A stretch of 64,000 nt of DNA from Octopus sinensis (lineage: Eukaryota), in the NCBI RefSeq assembly GCF_006345805.1, contig NC_042997.1, positions 198,214,001 to 198,278,000 of the forward strand, given 5' to 3'. The notes under the pieces are model-generated. The model did not search any database. It was not told where the DNA came from and saw nothing but the letters and a program-made list of their open reading frames with translations. This document shows, one piece after another, positions 37,626-52,372 of this stretch. The translations under genes and the position numbers were made by a program. Within the stretch, counting starts at the first letter, position 1, and every line of letters starts with the position of its first letter.

Positions 37626-38425
37626 GAGGCTGTTATGGCAATTAATTCACTGCTTATGGAATTGTTGCGTGGATATGAAATTATTTACGATGCTTTGGAC
37701 AATGTTTAAGTCCTAAAGCGGCTGTAAACTACTCCGTCAAGTTTCTCAAAAGCATGACATTATTTGATACGTTACGTCACAAAATATTCACACGAGAAAA
37801 AGCATGTATCTTTAATCTTTTAGTCATTGAATTGCGGTATGGCTGGGGCACTGCTTTCAAGGGTTTAGTTCAACAAGATGACCCCTGTACTGATCTTTAA
37901 GACTAATCTCTTTTGCACAACTGCTAAGTTGCAGGGACGGAAACCAATACCGGTTGTCAAGAGGTGCTGACAATAAAAAAGACATACACACTTATAGATG
38001 CAAACAAGGCGTTATATTAGAAAGTGCTGTGCATTAGGATTGAAACCGAAACAAGTGATTTCAAACCAAGCATCTTAAGCACACAATCATGCTTGTGCTT
38101 ATGCCCAATGTCTCTTGTCAGAATTTCGGATTGACCCACATTTATGCAATGACACAAGGTCGATGGTTAAGCAGATAATGTTATACGTCGTCCGACTGAC
38201 CCAGTTGTTGAGTTGGGGACGCATTTATCAAGATTTCCAATTATTTTTACTAAAATTCCATGTAAATTGAAACTGAGACAGTTTATAATTTTGTGGGTGT
38301 CCGTTAATAAATCCTAGGAACAAATATTGACAGTGGGTGGATTGCGCGTTGAGAATTCCTACTTCACCGTCGACCATTCTGATGTAAGTCAGGTTCGGAG
38401 TAAAAATAAGACCTGTGTGTGTGTA

Positions 38426-38473
<48 letters not shown>

Positions 38474-38493
38474 ACAAAATACAACGAAGAACA

Positions 38494-38710
38494 TTCTTTT
38501 ACTTGTTTCAGTCATTTGACTGTGGCCATGCTGGAGCACCGCCTTTTGTCGAACAAATCGATCCCAGGACTTTTTGTTTGTAAGCCTAGTACTTATTCTA
38601 TCGGTCTCTTTTGCCGAACCGCTAAGTTACGGGGACGTAAACACAACAGCATCGGTGGTCAAGCGATGTTGGCGGGACAAACGCAGACACACACACACAA
38701 AAACACACAC

Positions 38711-38748
<38 letters not shown>

Positions 38749-38909
38749 GACGTGCTTCTTTCAGTTTCCGTCTACCATATCAAGTCACAAGGCTTTGGTC
38801 GACCCGAGACTATAGTAGAAGACACTAGCCCAAGGTCCCACGCAGTGGGACTGAACCCGGAACTATGTGGTTTGTAAGCAAGCTACTTACTACATAACCA
38901 CTCCTACGC
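38494..38909 (-). mobile_element. SINE type A, full length
   Basis: All modules present. Confidence 0.92.
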
Positions 38910-39237
38910 ATTGTTTATAAAGAAATTTTTCCTATAATAATTTCCTATAACTTTCCAGCTTGGTAACGTTTATTCAATAAAGGATACACGCGCGCACACA
39001 CACACACACACATACACACATACAAAGAGACGCATGCACAAATATCGGTGTATTGCTTAGAGCCAGCTCTAATTTGCCTGGACTCCACCTCCGTCTATTG
39101 GACGCAAGATATTTGCCACATTGTACGGTCTGAGCGCTAATTGTCAGTATCTGTTATGCGTTTTTCTTTTGTTTTGATGTATTCATATCAATTACGTACC
39201 TGCAAGAGTGTGTAATTGTGTGTGTGCGTGTGTGTAA

Positions 39238-40814
<1,577 letters not shown>

Positions 40815-40938
40815 CAGATATGTGCATGTATAATATATAGATATTTATGAAACTATTTATGCTTAATTATGTGTGTGTGTGTGTGAATATATATATATAT
40901 ATATATATTTATAGATATATGTGTGTGTGTATATATGC

Positions 40939-40985
<47 letters not shown>

Positions 40986-41629
40986 CATACAGATTTTAAA
41001 TATAGATGTAAATGTATTGTGATATACATTTCATATCTTATGTATTAATTCTCTTGAGCTTATCTTTCTAAGTAATTTTCTTTGATAGAATTCCGTCAAG
41101 AAATACAAATTCCCGGCTGATAACCGCTATCAGTAATTGATATGGAAATATTTCGCGTGATGTCCGTGTGTATATGTGGCATTCTGTTGGTTTTTAATAA
41201 CGGTATGTTTGAACCGTGTAAATGGAGATGCGTTCAAGACAAGCCTAATAGGCTTTCTATATCGACGATCTAATGGTTGTGAAGGTTTGCTAACAGGAAG
41301 TAACAGTAATTTAATTTTGAGTGACATATATACTTGTGAGGTACTTCTGCATATGCGTGGGTGTACATTTCGTAATGTGTGTGATAATGATATCCTGTTA
41401 TATCTCTATGCACGCATGTATGTATGTATGCATGTATGTATGCATGTATGTATGTATGTCATTATTCAGTTTATTTCGAGATTTCTTGCTAATAGAGAAA
41501 GAACTGGTTTCTAACCTAGATCCAAGGTTCCTTCATTGGAATTTCTACATCAACAACGCGGTATTTGTGTTTATATGCATGTATGTTTGTATGTATGTAT
41601 ATGAAGATTTTTAAGTTTTATGTATGTAT

Positions 41630-41808
41630 TCTTAGGCATATAGTTACATATCCAAACTTGGTCATATATATATAAATGATAAACTGGAAAGTTTTTCAGA
41701 ATTTTACAGATCCAATGATGGATTGGATCTGTAGTCTTCGAATTAGCTTTCTACTTTCTGGTTTTCAGAAACCTAATTTCTCAAGATTGGTATTTAGGCA
41801 ACGTGCTA
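41630..41808 (-). mobile_element. C-terminal fragment of an RLE-type non-LTR element
   Basis: RCLNTNLEKLGF*KPESRKLIRRLQIQSIIGSVK; same family as 62719-62990. Confidence 0.65.
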
Positions 41809-41861
41809 CATGTATGTATGTATGTATGTATGTATGTATGTATGTATGTATGTATGTATGT

Positions 41862-41915
<54 letters not shown>

Positions 41916-41973
41916 ACAAGTATATATGTATGTATACATATATATATTTATTTTTATCCCCTCAATTATCCCC

Positions 41974-42044
<71 letters not shown>

Positions 42045-42447
42045 CACATGTCTGTCTGTATGTATTATTCCACTTTATAATATATATGGCTCCAGTAAAA
42101 TATCCTCGGCAGTGTGAATTTTGCTTTTTATATTAATACCAATCTTTGTTTTCATTTCGTAAGTGCTTTCTGTAATTAGTCTTTCCAAAATGCTATTTTA
42201 CTGACGTTGTCTTAAAGTGTTATAACAATTCCAAAATGTATTCATACCTTCGTAATAGATCGTGGTACGTTTTGTTTTTAAAATCATAGCCGCCGCCATG
42301 GTTGTTTGATCAAGTTCGCTTTTCAACTCAGCTGTTCAAGTTTGGTCTCACTGCAAGATAACTTGGATAGCTTTGACCAAACATAGCATTGACTGGGCCA
42401 TAGATTTCCAATGACGTTTGGTAAACAGAAATTACGTTCAGATATAA

Positions 42448-42971
42448 CCCCTTGACGCCGGTATTATCCGAAGCATGTGAGACACTGCTCCGGTTTTTTA
42501 ATCCAATGAAGCCACACAGACACACAAATGCCAACGAGTTGGCGTCTATTTACGTTCACCGCTACAATAAATAACATAGCGTCGTATATTTACGTCTACC
42601 GGTTTATGAAAACGAACTATGGGAAGTTATTTATCATAATATGATATGCACGAGTTATTCTACTCAAGTTCAAAAAATAGCTTGCGTGAGGTACATCTCA
42701 AAACACGGTATTATGCATGTAAATATCCGCATGTCATTGGTCTACTGTTCGTCTCATGACTTGAACGTAACCTAAAATAGCTAAGATAATGCATGGGATG
42801 GCGAGTGCGCGCACCTCAGGAGATAAAATACACGATAGCGAACGTAAACATACGTCAGCCGCTAATAAGTCCGTGATAGATGTAGGGCAGCTCTACATCG
42901 TATATTTACGTTAACCGCGGGTAGGCAAGCAAAAGTGTGATCGCATATTTGCGTCAACCGTTGTCAAGGGG
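42448..42971. mobile_element. piggyBac-like non-autonomous element
   Basis: TIR ccccttgacgccggt / accgttgtcaagggg (13/15 match), flanked by ataa and ttaa; repeated subterminal tatttacgt motifs. Confidence 0.7.
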
Positions 42972-43415
42972 TTAACAGATCGACTGTCCTTTATCTTGGA
43001 CCCTAGACCTCTTCCATTGCCCGTTTTAATGCAACTAACTCTTACGTAGAGTTGTGCCTCGGGAGAGTGATTCTGTTTTCGTGCCTTATAATTTAACACT
43101 CTCGCCGGTAAAATTTCCACTCATTTATTTATTTGTTTTTCTAACATTTTCGTTGCGTTTTGCAACCTTTTCAATAGTTGTTGTCTCTATCCGTTATTCA
43201 AGCTGCATTCTTTTTGTTTGTTTGTGCACGTGTTTGGGACAGTGTGTTGCGCATACACATGTATGTATGTCTGTATATATATATATATGTATGTATGTAT
43301 GCATACATGTGTGTACATTTGTATGTATGTGTACTGCATATTCATGTGCTTGAGTGTGTTTGTGTTCCTATGTGTGTGTGTATGTGTGTGTACCTCTGTC
43401 TCCTTGTGTGTGCAT

Positions 43416-43811
43416 AGTTAAGTTAATTTTTTGGCTCAAAAGCAAATAGCAAGGCCATGTTGGGGGACATGGAGTTAAGTACAGGGTGGTGTTCATGTAA
43501 AGAGTTCAGGCCATTTCTGGTCAAGAGAGACTTTGAACCGAGCGGTCGTTGGCATCTTCACTATCTCGTCCGGCAGCTTATTCCACGGATCCGCAACCCG
43601 GACGGAGAAAGTCCCTCTCCTTCGATTGAGATGAAATCGTCGCAGATAGAGCTTTTCGGAGTGACTCCGCAGCCGACGCTCTGGAGCAGGAGTGAAGAAC
43701 AGCTCTTTCGAAAGGTTACACTTTCCGCTTATGATGTTGTGAGCGAGAATGAGATCACCACGGCGTCGTCGTTTTTCTAGAGAATAAAGGTCGAGCGTCT
43801 TCAGCCTTGAG
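43416..43811 (-). mobile_element. 5'-truncated CR1 LINE, final ORF2 segment uninterrupted
   Basis: RLKTLDLYSLEKRRRRGDLILAHNIISG...FSVRVADPWNKLPDEIV...FKVSLDQKWPELFT*; (TAACT)n tail. Confidence 0.92.
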
Positions 43812-45145
43812 TGTGTCTCTGTGTGTGTATGGGTTTTGTGATTAGGTACTGTGTCTGTATGTGTGGACGTGTGTCTCCATATGTATCCTTACCTGGCAAA
43901 AGAGAATGACTCTCCCATGACACAACGGAATATGCTTCAACACAAGAACTCACACAAAGAATCTTGCAAACCAAATCCAAAAGCGACATCTTACGTAGAG
44001 CTTTTAGTAAAACTTACAATAGGGATTGTTGAGATGGTGCCATATTTCAGTAGTAGATAGACTAATGGTAGTGGTGGTGGTGGACGTTGTAGTGATGGTA
44101 GTAGTGGTTATGTTTATGATAGTAGTGATGGTAGTAGTGGTGGCATTGGTTGTGAAGGATGTGATGACTACCATCTGCTCTAACCCAGACACCCACAGAC
44201 CCTAATAATAGTCCTTTATAATCATTCCCTTTGTTTCTCTGACTTAGACCTGAAGGTACTTGAAAAAATAAAATAAAATAATGTGACCTCAGAGACTGTT
44301 TTTTAAATTTTGTGCACAATTAAGTTTTACTAAATGCAAGTGAAACAATATTCAGCTTAGAGATGAAATATTAGCCATAATATATATATAATTTTATCAC
44401 ATTTTCGCAGGGAAACTTAAAATCATGTTTGTAAATATCAAAGACACGGGGTCGTTTTACATTGAACTTTACATCAATTAATCTCGTGAGTTCTGATACC
44501 ATATTTATATAGAAAGGCAAACGTGATTGCACCAAGCAACTAAAGACAGGTTGTGAAAAGATATAAATAGTGAGATGTCTGAATTAAATTGAGAAGCACA
44601 GATCATGAAAGTTTTCTGATCAATGAAGATCGGCAAATCACCATCCATCTTATAACCTCTACAGCCACATTTTTGATAGAAATTCTTATATAAATTGATG
44701 AGATTAAAAACACCCTCTTGTGTGATCAGAATATCTATTGATGATCTAATGTGGCTGGACGCACGCGATCGTTCTTGCAACTAGAAATAGCAACCAAATC
44801 ATTTCCAAATTATACCCTGCCGTCTTAAAACAGGAGAAACGTTTATTTGATTAATAACCGTAGATATATGATGCCTGAGACAAAAACAAACGTGCTTTGT
44901 AATCATAAGTCTCGTAAATCAGATGCTGGCCAGAGATAAATGACGACATTGTGAATACTAATACAACGTTGAATCGTGTGGTCAGAGAATCACCCTGACG
45001 TACATTATATCTTTTTACGATAATTAATACGTATATTTTCGTATCCTAAATCTCGAAAATACCTGTAACCTGAACTAACATAAATCTTTCTGATCATTAG
45101 ATTGGCGTCGGCTTTTCGGGGTTCGGATCATTCTGAAAGTGAAAA

Positions 45146-45310
45146 CGTGTAGCCTAGTGGTTAAGGAGTTCCACTCACAAATCGCGAGATTGTGTTTTCG
45201 ATTATCGGGTCGGGTGGAGCGTCGTGTTCTTGAGCAAAACACTTCATTTCTTGTTGCTCCAGTCCACTCAGCTGGAGCAGCATGAAGTTACCCTGCAAAG
45301 TACTGGTGAC
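45146..45310 (+). mobile_element. SINE type D-like head and centre
   Basis: tagcctagtggtt A box; gtgttcttgagcaaaacactt...ttgctccagtccactcagctg. Confidence 0.6.
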
Positions 45311-45384
45311 AGTAATGTCCAAGGGTGGGTTGGTGATAATAACCATCGTCATCAATATACTAAAACAGAAACATATTTTATGGT

Positions 45385-45720
45385 GTCTGGGGAGAGTAAT
45401 TTTCTTTTTGTGCCTTATTATATAACACACTCACCGGTAAAATTTCCACGTTTTTCTTATTTTTATTGTCCTAAAATTTTCGTTGCGTCTTGCAACCTTT
45501 TCAGTAGTTTTGAGAGTCAAAACTATTGAAAATGTTGCAAGACGCAATGAAAATTTTAGGAAAATAAAAATAAGAAAAACCTGGAAATTTTACCGGTGAG
45601 TGTGTTACATAATAAGGCACAAAAAAAATGACTCTCCCCAGGCACAATAGAATATGCTTCAATACACGAACTCATATAAAGAATCTTGCAAACCAAATCC
45701 AAAAACGAAATATATTTTAT
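45385..45720. mobile_element. Inverted Penelope-type terminal structure, ~125-bp arms
   Basis: ggggagagt...caccggtaaaatttcc...ttgcaaccttttcagtagttttga / aaaactattgaaaatgttgcaa...ggaaattttaccggtg...actctcccc; related pieces at 43055-43190 and 43895-44030. Confidence 0.7.
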
Positions 45721-46662
45721 GGTTGACTGACAAATTTTGTAAACCAATATATATTATAATTTAATATATATAATTTGATAAATTGGCGAGGTCGCAGATT
45801 CGTTAGCAGGCCGGGATAAATGCTTATCCGTTTTTCGTCCGTCTTTATATTCTGACTTCTCGTTATTTGGCCAGTCAGTAATATAATTGAAACTAGAGAA
45901 ATGCAATAGAATTGGGGAAAACAAACGGAACGGAACTGAAATGAAATTCTACGGTCGTCGCTCATAAAAATGCACCGGTTGCACTAACAACACTGTTAAA
46001 TGTCTTCACACATTATTTTCACAGATTTGTTTATAATTATTCTCAAATTCAAAGAAGAAGTTGCATTTTAAATTCACATAGAATTATTCATAAGTATAAT
46101 TTTTTTTGTGTGTGTGTGTGTGTGCTAGTATTTGCACAGATATTTGTGGATATTGCTTGCATAAAAAGTAAATCTTTCTTTACAAACAATTTCATTAATA
46201 TTTCTTTGTTCTAATTGCTACGTGTAAGTGAATTATTCTCTAAGTGAAAGAAGATATCACCTTTAGGAATTTCAAATATAATGATTATTAATATAACAAA
46301 GCATAATTCATTTTCCTGCCAATTTTGTAAATATTTAGGAAAGTATAGCTAATATTTTCCTTTCTTGCCTTTTGTTTTTGTTTGATAAATTATTCATTTA
46401 TGTTTTTAATTTTAAGCCTATTTCAAAAGTGTTGATTATATACATTTAATACATGACTAATATCAATTGTATTAATTGAAGAATGTTTAAACAGAAAGCC
46501 AAATTGTGAAGTTAGAAATCAATATTTTAAAAAGAATATCTACTCTAGCTTTTAAATACTTTATCAACTTGAACCCTTGTTTTCCCAGTCTGACTAGAAT
46601 TTTTTTATAAATGAGTAATTGTTTTTACGTTTATATATTTGTTTTGCAAGATTCCTGATGTG

Positions 46663-46912
46663 AAATCGTGTGTTGAAACAGATGTTGTTGTATTTAGGAA
46701 TGGTCATTATGCCAGTTTAGCCAATAAAACACACGAGGTCGCAGAAGTGTGACGAAAGAACTCTGGCCCAAATAAGATTAAGATTAATGTAAAAAATAAA
46801 TAACGCTGACACAAATCAACACCAAATATATAGTGCGTGTGTTTTTATTGGATAAACTGGCATAATGACCATTCCTAAATACAACAACAGTAATTGTTTT
46901 GTTCACTGATTT
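46663..46912. repeat. Inverted repeat, ~53-bp core arms around a 100-nt spacer
   Basis: tgttgttgtatttaggaatggtcattatgccagttta.ccaataaaa (46683) and its reverse complement (ends 46889). Confidence 0.8.
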
Positions 46913-47144
46913 CTATATCGGAACAAACATTTTCGGTTTAGCTCTCAATACCCAGGGTATTCGTCCCTGTGGAAACCAAATCAGGTCGAATCTCTAGTGA
47001 CTCGCTGCTGTTCTGAGCGAAGCCTTATGTCTTTGACACATACGTTTCTCTGAGATGGTTCTCTGCGACAAAATATATCTATAGCCGGTCCATATTTTTA
47101 TGCATATTATGAATACTGTACATATCGGTATTTTTATCTAAAGC

Positions 47145-47560
47145 AAGGCGGCGAGTTGGTAGAAACGGTAGCACGCCGGGCGAAATGACTAGCGGTATTT
47201 CGTCTTCCGTTACGTTCTGAGTTAAAATTCTACCGTGGTCGACTTAGCCTTCATCCTTTCGGGGTCGATAAATTAAGTACCAGTTACGCACTGGAGTCGA
47301 TGTAATCATCTTAATCCGTTTGTCTCTCCTTGTTTGTCCCCTCTGTGTTTAACCCCTTGTGGGTAGTAAAGAAATAGGTATTTCGTCTGCCGCTCCGTTC
47401 TGAGTTCAAACTCCGCCGAGGTCGACTTTGCCTTTCATCCTTTCAGGGTCGATTAAATAAGTACCAGTTACGCACTGGGGTCGATATAATCGACTTAATC
47501 CGTTTGTCTGTCCTTGTTTGTCCCCTCTGTGTTTAGCCCCTTGTGGGTAGTAAAGAAATG
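47145..47560 (+). mobile_element. SINE type B dimer with TSD
   Basis: 18-bp TSD ggtatttttatctaaagc (47127-47144 / 47561-47578). Confidence 0.93.
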
Positions 47561-49553
47561 GGTATTTTTATCTAAAGCTGCTTTAGATCCGTTTGTTTAA
47601 ATTAGGAATAGACTAATTTTTTTTATTTGTTACAGAATATTGTAAAATAACGGTTGTAACTGTTATTTTCATGAAAACGTTCATAGGAATAGTGCCAACA
47701 AGATAGATTGAAGATTTTATCGGAAAGCTTTCGCAAAAGGTAAGATATTTAACGTTTGCTACATCATTATCACATCTAGAAAGTTAAGCCAGTGAATGGT
47801 GATTACTTTCCACATAAAAAGAAAATAGAAACATCATAACAACAACCATTGGTGAACCTAGATTCTTGAAAGTTAGAAGCTCGTCCAATGTTGATGAAAT
47901 TGATTCATTTTGATTTTGATGTAGAAATGTATTTAAAAGAGTTTTGCTTTGCATTAGTAACATATTGGTACGTCTTTCTTACGGATGCTTCTTAAATGGA
48001 TCTGAATAACTACAAGTATTTGTTGCCATGTAATGTTTAACTCCATTTAATTGATGGTGAGGCAGAAGTTGTCGACCTTTCATCATTTAATCTGTGGTAT
48101 CATGCGTACAACAGACTGACATATTAACAACTGTTATGTGTATAGAAATTCTATAAGAGAAATAATAAACTCGGCAATATATGAGTGATATATTGAAACC
48201 ACGTTTCACTAAGTGATAATATATTCTAAAGGGTATCTGGAAACATCATGTAGTTATATACTTGGGGGAAATATACAATTAACAGACAGTAATGCGTAAA
48301 GTGTTTAAACGAATTCCTTTCATAGTTTTATTCGTTACATTTAGAATAATTATAACGTTGTTGGTGTTGCGATTTATGGTTTGAAACCCGCTTATGGTTC
48401 GCTAATTACATTTTATGATGGAAAATTTCATAAAGGTATAATGATTCTCATTTGGAAGTCTCGTAACTTTTAAAATTCTTTTCTTTTGGCATTGTGTTCA
48501 GCCATAATGCTGATTTGAAAATCTGCTATTTTCATATCTCAGCTTCAGACCTAATTTTCAACCAGGAAATTCAATATATTTCTTTTAGTTGGAGGAGATG
48601 TTTTGAACAACCTACAATTTTACACATAACTAATGGGTTGTCAGATAATTTCGTTTTTTTTTTTTTCCTACTACTTTTGGTCTACTTAGTACTTGATCGT
48701 CATATGTCTGGAAAGAAGTAAAATTTATTAAAATTTCTAAAACGAGAAACAAAATATTGCAGATAAAAAATAGAGCTAATAACAGAGAAAATAGAACGAA
48801 TATACAAAACACTACGATGAGAATATTTTTCGTGTTAATTTAGATAATGTTGGAAAGAATTGAAATAAATGAAAACTAGAAACGAACGAATTTATCTGAC
48901 AAACGGAGAAATGAAATATCGGTATGCTTTTCTCTGAACATCATGTACTACATACTATCAACATTAAAAAAAAACTAGCGAAATCTGGATTAAACTAACA
49001 AGTATTGTATGATCGTTGTGTACGAGATAGTGTATGGTTAATGACAAGAAGAAATATTTCATTCTATGTAAGCTATAGTTCATAGCTTCTCTAGTAACCA
49101 ATATTACATATAAAGTAATAACGATATGGGGGAGAGATTACTGTGAAGGCGTTGATAATATTAAGGCACATATTAAGTCGCGTTTTGTCCTTACCTTCGG
49201 ACGCGGAGTAGACGAAACAGGGACAACTGAAGAAGGGGAATATTCCTTGTGTTGTATGTCTTGTACTCTGTTCTTTCGTTGTTTAAAAAATAGTTCGTTT
49301 CCATGTTTTTGTTTTTATGTTTTCGTTTCTCATTGCGTTCAACGTTTTTTGATGTCCTGTATCCATATTTGCATGTATATATACATATATATATATGTAG
49401 GTATGTACATATATGCAGATATTTATATATTATTTATATTATTATATGATCGAACGCCACGCATCCTTTTCTAAGTAAGTTTTTATCTATATGTACATAT
49501 ATATATGTGCATATATATGTGCAAATATATATGTATATATATGTGTATATATA

Positions 49554-49616
<63 letters not shown>

Positions 49617-49625
49617 ATATATATA

Positions 49626-49697
<72 letters not shown>

Positions 49698-49706
49698 TAT
49701 ATATAC

Positions 49707-49931
49707 TTATTTAAAGCAGCAGAAAATTCAACAAAATCTGTTACTCTGAGTTTCTCGTTGCCGTTTATCAGACAGTTTTTGCTAGCAAAAACTGTCTGAT
49801 GAACGGCAACGAGAAACTCAGAGTAACAGATTTTGTTGAATTTTCTGCTGCTTTAAATAAAGCATATTACTCTACCACTGGTATTTGAGTACTCTTTTTT
49901 CCACCTTGTTTCACATTTATGTGTTTACTCC

Positions 49932-49935
<4 letters not shown>
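49707..49935. mobile_element. Penelope-type inverted terminus: 77-bp-arm palindrome with a hammerhead in each arm
   Basis: 49707-49860 palindrome with one mismatch; the flanking sequence recurs at ~36875-36970. Confidence 0.75.
49792..49829 (+). ncRNA. Minimal type I hammerhead motif with canonical CUGAUGA core
   Basis: ctgt-CTGATGA-a cg gcaa cg a-GAAA-ctcagag-TA-acag; stem I 4 bp; stem II closing pair is A-A. Confidence 0.55.
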
Positions 49936-49966
<31 letters not shown>

Positions 49967-50599
49967 GTTTACATAGTGTATAAAAATACAAAATACTTTG
50001 GAGAAAGTGCAAAACTTTCCTCTCAATATCCGTTTCTGGATGTACGGAATTCCGGAAATATGTAATAATGATAATGTTCATAATTAGCGGACGGAATGTG
50101 CGGAAGGTCATGGATGTACAACTAGTAAATAGTCGCGTAGAGATATTTCCATAAAATCGGTTATGGATTTTTTTTTTTTTTACTTATTGATTGAAATGAG
50201 ATCAAATTGTTTTTGTGAAACTAAAGAAAGTAATTCAATAAATCCCCCTCACTATTGAAATGTGTTTTGTTACATTATTAAAAGATACAAAATCAAATAA
50301 ATAATCGTACAAATTGTATTATCTTTGAAAACACACAAACAGCAAAATATAATTACTCTTTGTTCGAATACTTCTTCAACATGCTTCAAGTTAACATAAA
50401 GATTCGCTGCGAGGCATGTAGCAGAAATTATTTCCTGCCGTACTTTAGTAAATACGTCTATTGTTTTTACGATAGGAAGTCTAACATGTTTGAAAGTGAA
50501 AAAACAAACAATAATGTTGTTTATAAAGATGATAAAGAGGCGCTCATTTCAAGTAGAGGCGGAATTAAGTGTGATTGCATATAAACAATTACACTGCAT

Positions 50600-50634
<35 letters not shown>

Positions 50635-50759
50635 TATATAATAATAAACATTGTGTACAGTGCTCAGGTGCACTACAACTCATCGAAAGTGTATATATAA
50701 TCAGGTGTAGTTTCGACGGATTTCGGAAAGCATGAGGGCCTTAAAGGATGCAGTGTCAT

Positions 50760-50962
50760 GGCATATGTGTGTGTGTGTTATATATATGTGTGTGTGTGTG
50801 TGTTATATATGTGTGTGTGTGTGTGTTATATATATGTGTGTGTGTGTGTGTTATATATGTGTGTGTGTGTTATATATATATATGTGTGTGTGTGTGTGTT
50901 ATATATATGTGTGTTATATATATATATATGTGTGTGTGTTATATATATATATGTGTGTGTGT

Positions 50963-50994
<32 letters not shown>

Positions 50995-51077
50995 GTGTGT
51001 TATATATATATATGTGTGTGTTATATATATATATATGCGTGTGTGTGTGTTATATATATATGTGTGTGTGTGTGTGT

Positions 51078-51118
<41 letters not shown>

Positions 51119-51241
51119 TATAAATATATATATGTGTGTGTGTGTGTGTTATAACTATATATGTGTGTGTGTGTGTGTGTGTTATATATATATGCGTGTG
51201 TGTGTGTGTGTTATATATATATATCCATGTGTGTGTGTGTG
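50760..51241. repeat. (TA)n(TG)n compound minisatellite
   Basis: Repeating tatatatatgtgtgtgtgt blocks. Confidence 0.95.
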
Positions 51242-51642
51242 TAAATGATTGTTTTTATTTATGTTGAGTTATACGGAATGGATACACGATATGAATTATT
51301 GAGTACATAATAGCAGTTCTTTTACAAGAATAGCTTTGGCAGTGACTTCGAAGTTTCAGTCTACGTAGTTTCTGCCACAATATGTTGAATGTTACGTAGA
51401 CCGAAACTTCAAATTCAATGTTGATACTGTTCTTGTAAATGAATATGACATAAGACAAAATTAAAAGGATTTAAAATCCGAGCTGGTATCTTATGTGTAC
51501 TCTGATATAATCCGATGTTGTCAACCAAATCAAATGATCGGGAACATTCAGAGTCATTTAAGATAAACAATTAAACCGTAGTTCACTGGACTGGTAAACC
51601 CATACAATGTATATAATCAAGAAATCATATTGAAGAGTGGAA

Positions 51643-51997
51643 GGTTGCGAGCTGACAACACCTTTAGGACGCCGGGCGAAATGCTTAGCAGTATTTCGTT
51701 GCCGCTACGTTCTGAGTTCAAATTCCTACGGAGTCGATAAATTAAGTACCAGTTACGCACTGGGGTCGATGTAATCGACTTAAACCGTTTGTCTGTCCCC
51801 TCTATATTTAGCCCCTTGTGGATAATAAAGAAACGGGTATTTCGTTTGTCTTTACCTTCTGAGTTTAAATACCGCCGAGGTCGACTTCGTCTTTCGGGTT
51901 CGATAAATTAAGTACTATTTGCGCACTGGGGTCGATCTAATCGACTGGCCCCCTACCCAAAAATTTCGGGCCTTGTGCCTAGAGTAGAAAAGATTAT
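51643..51997 (+). mobile_element. SINE type B dimer ending in the alternative tail
   Basis: Junction aaagaaacgggtatttcg; tail gggccttgtgcctagagtagaaaag. Confidence 0.85.
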
Positions 51998-52224
51998 ATT
52001 GAAGAATGGGTGAATTATACATTTTCAAATATTTTTCTTATTAAAATATTTTCTTCATATTCCACTCCTAAACGTGTTTCAGAGAGATAAGTCTTCCAAA
52101 CTCGTTTGCTATAGCAGTAACGTGCATTTACTTGATTTATATTAAATCAATTGTAACACATATTCATCTAAAAATTGACAAATCTTATATGTACACACAC
52201 GCAAGTATATATATATATATAATA

Positions 52225-52263
<39 letters not shown>

Positions 52264-52324
52264 GTTTTTCGTAATGAGATAAAAAAAAACCAAGCTGTGT
52301 AGATTTTAGTACATTTATACATAG

Positions 52325-52372
52325 GTCTTACAGCTGTTTCCAGGTTATTTATAATATCCCTTCATCGTAGAC
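52325..52372 (-). ncRNA. Degenerate hammerhead motif (Penelope-type)
   Basis: gtct-ACGATGA-...-GAAA-cagctg-TA-agac; palindromic ACAGCTGT stem III; core mutated. Confidence 0.4.

Noticed and set aside
44505-44780. 91-aa minus-strand ORF with a possible acceptor
   Set aside because: No recognisable domain or convincing donor; length is compatible with chance.
47687-48120. Exon-like segments with gtaaga/gtacgt donors
   Set aside because: The best-flanked segment (47687-47739) has stops in all frames, and neighbouring frames are interrupted by stops.
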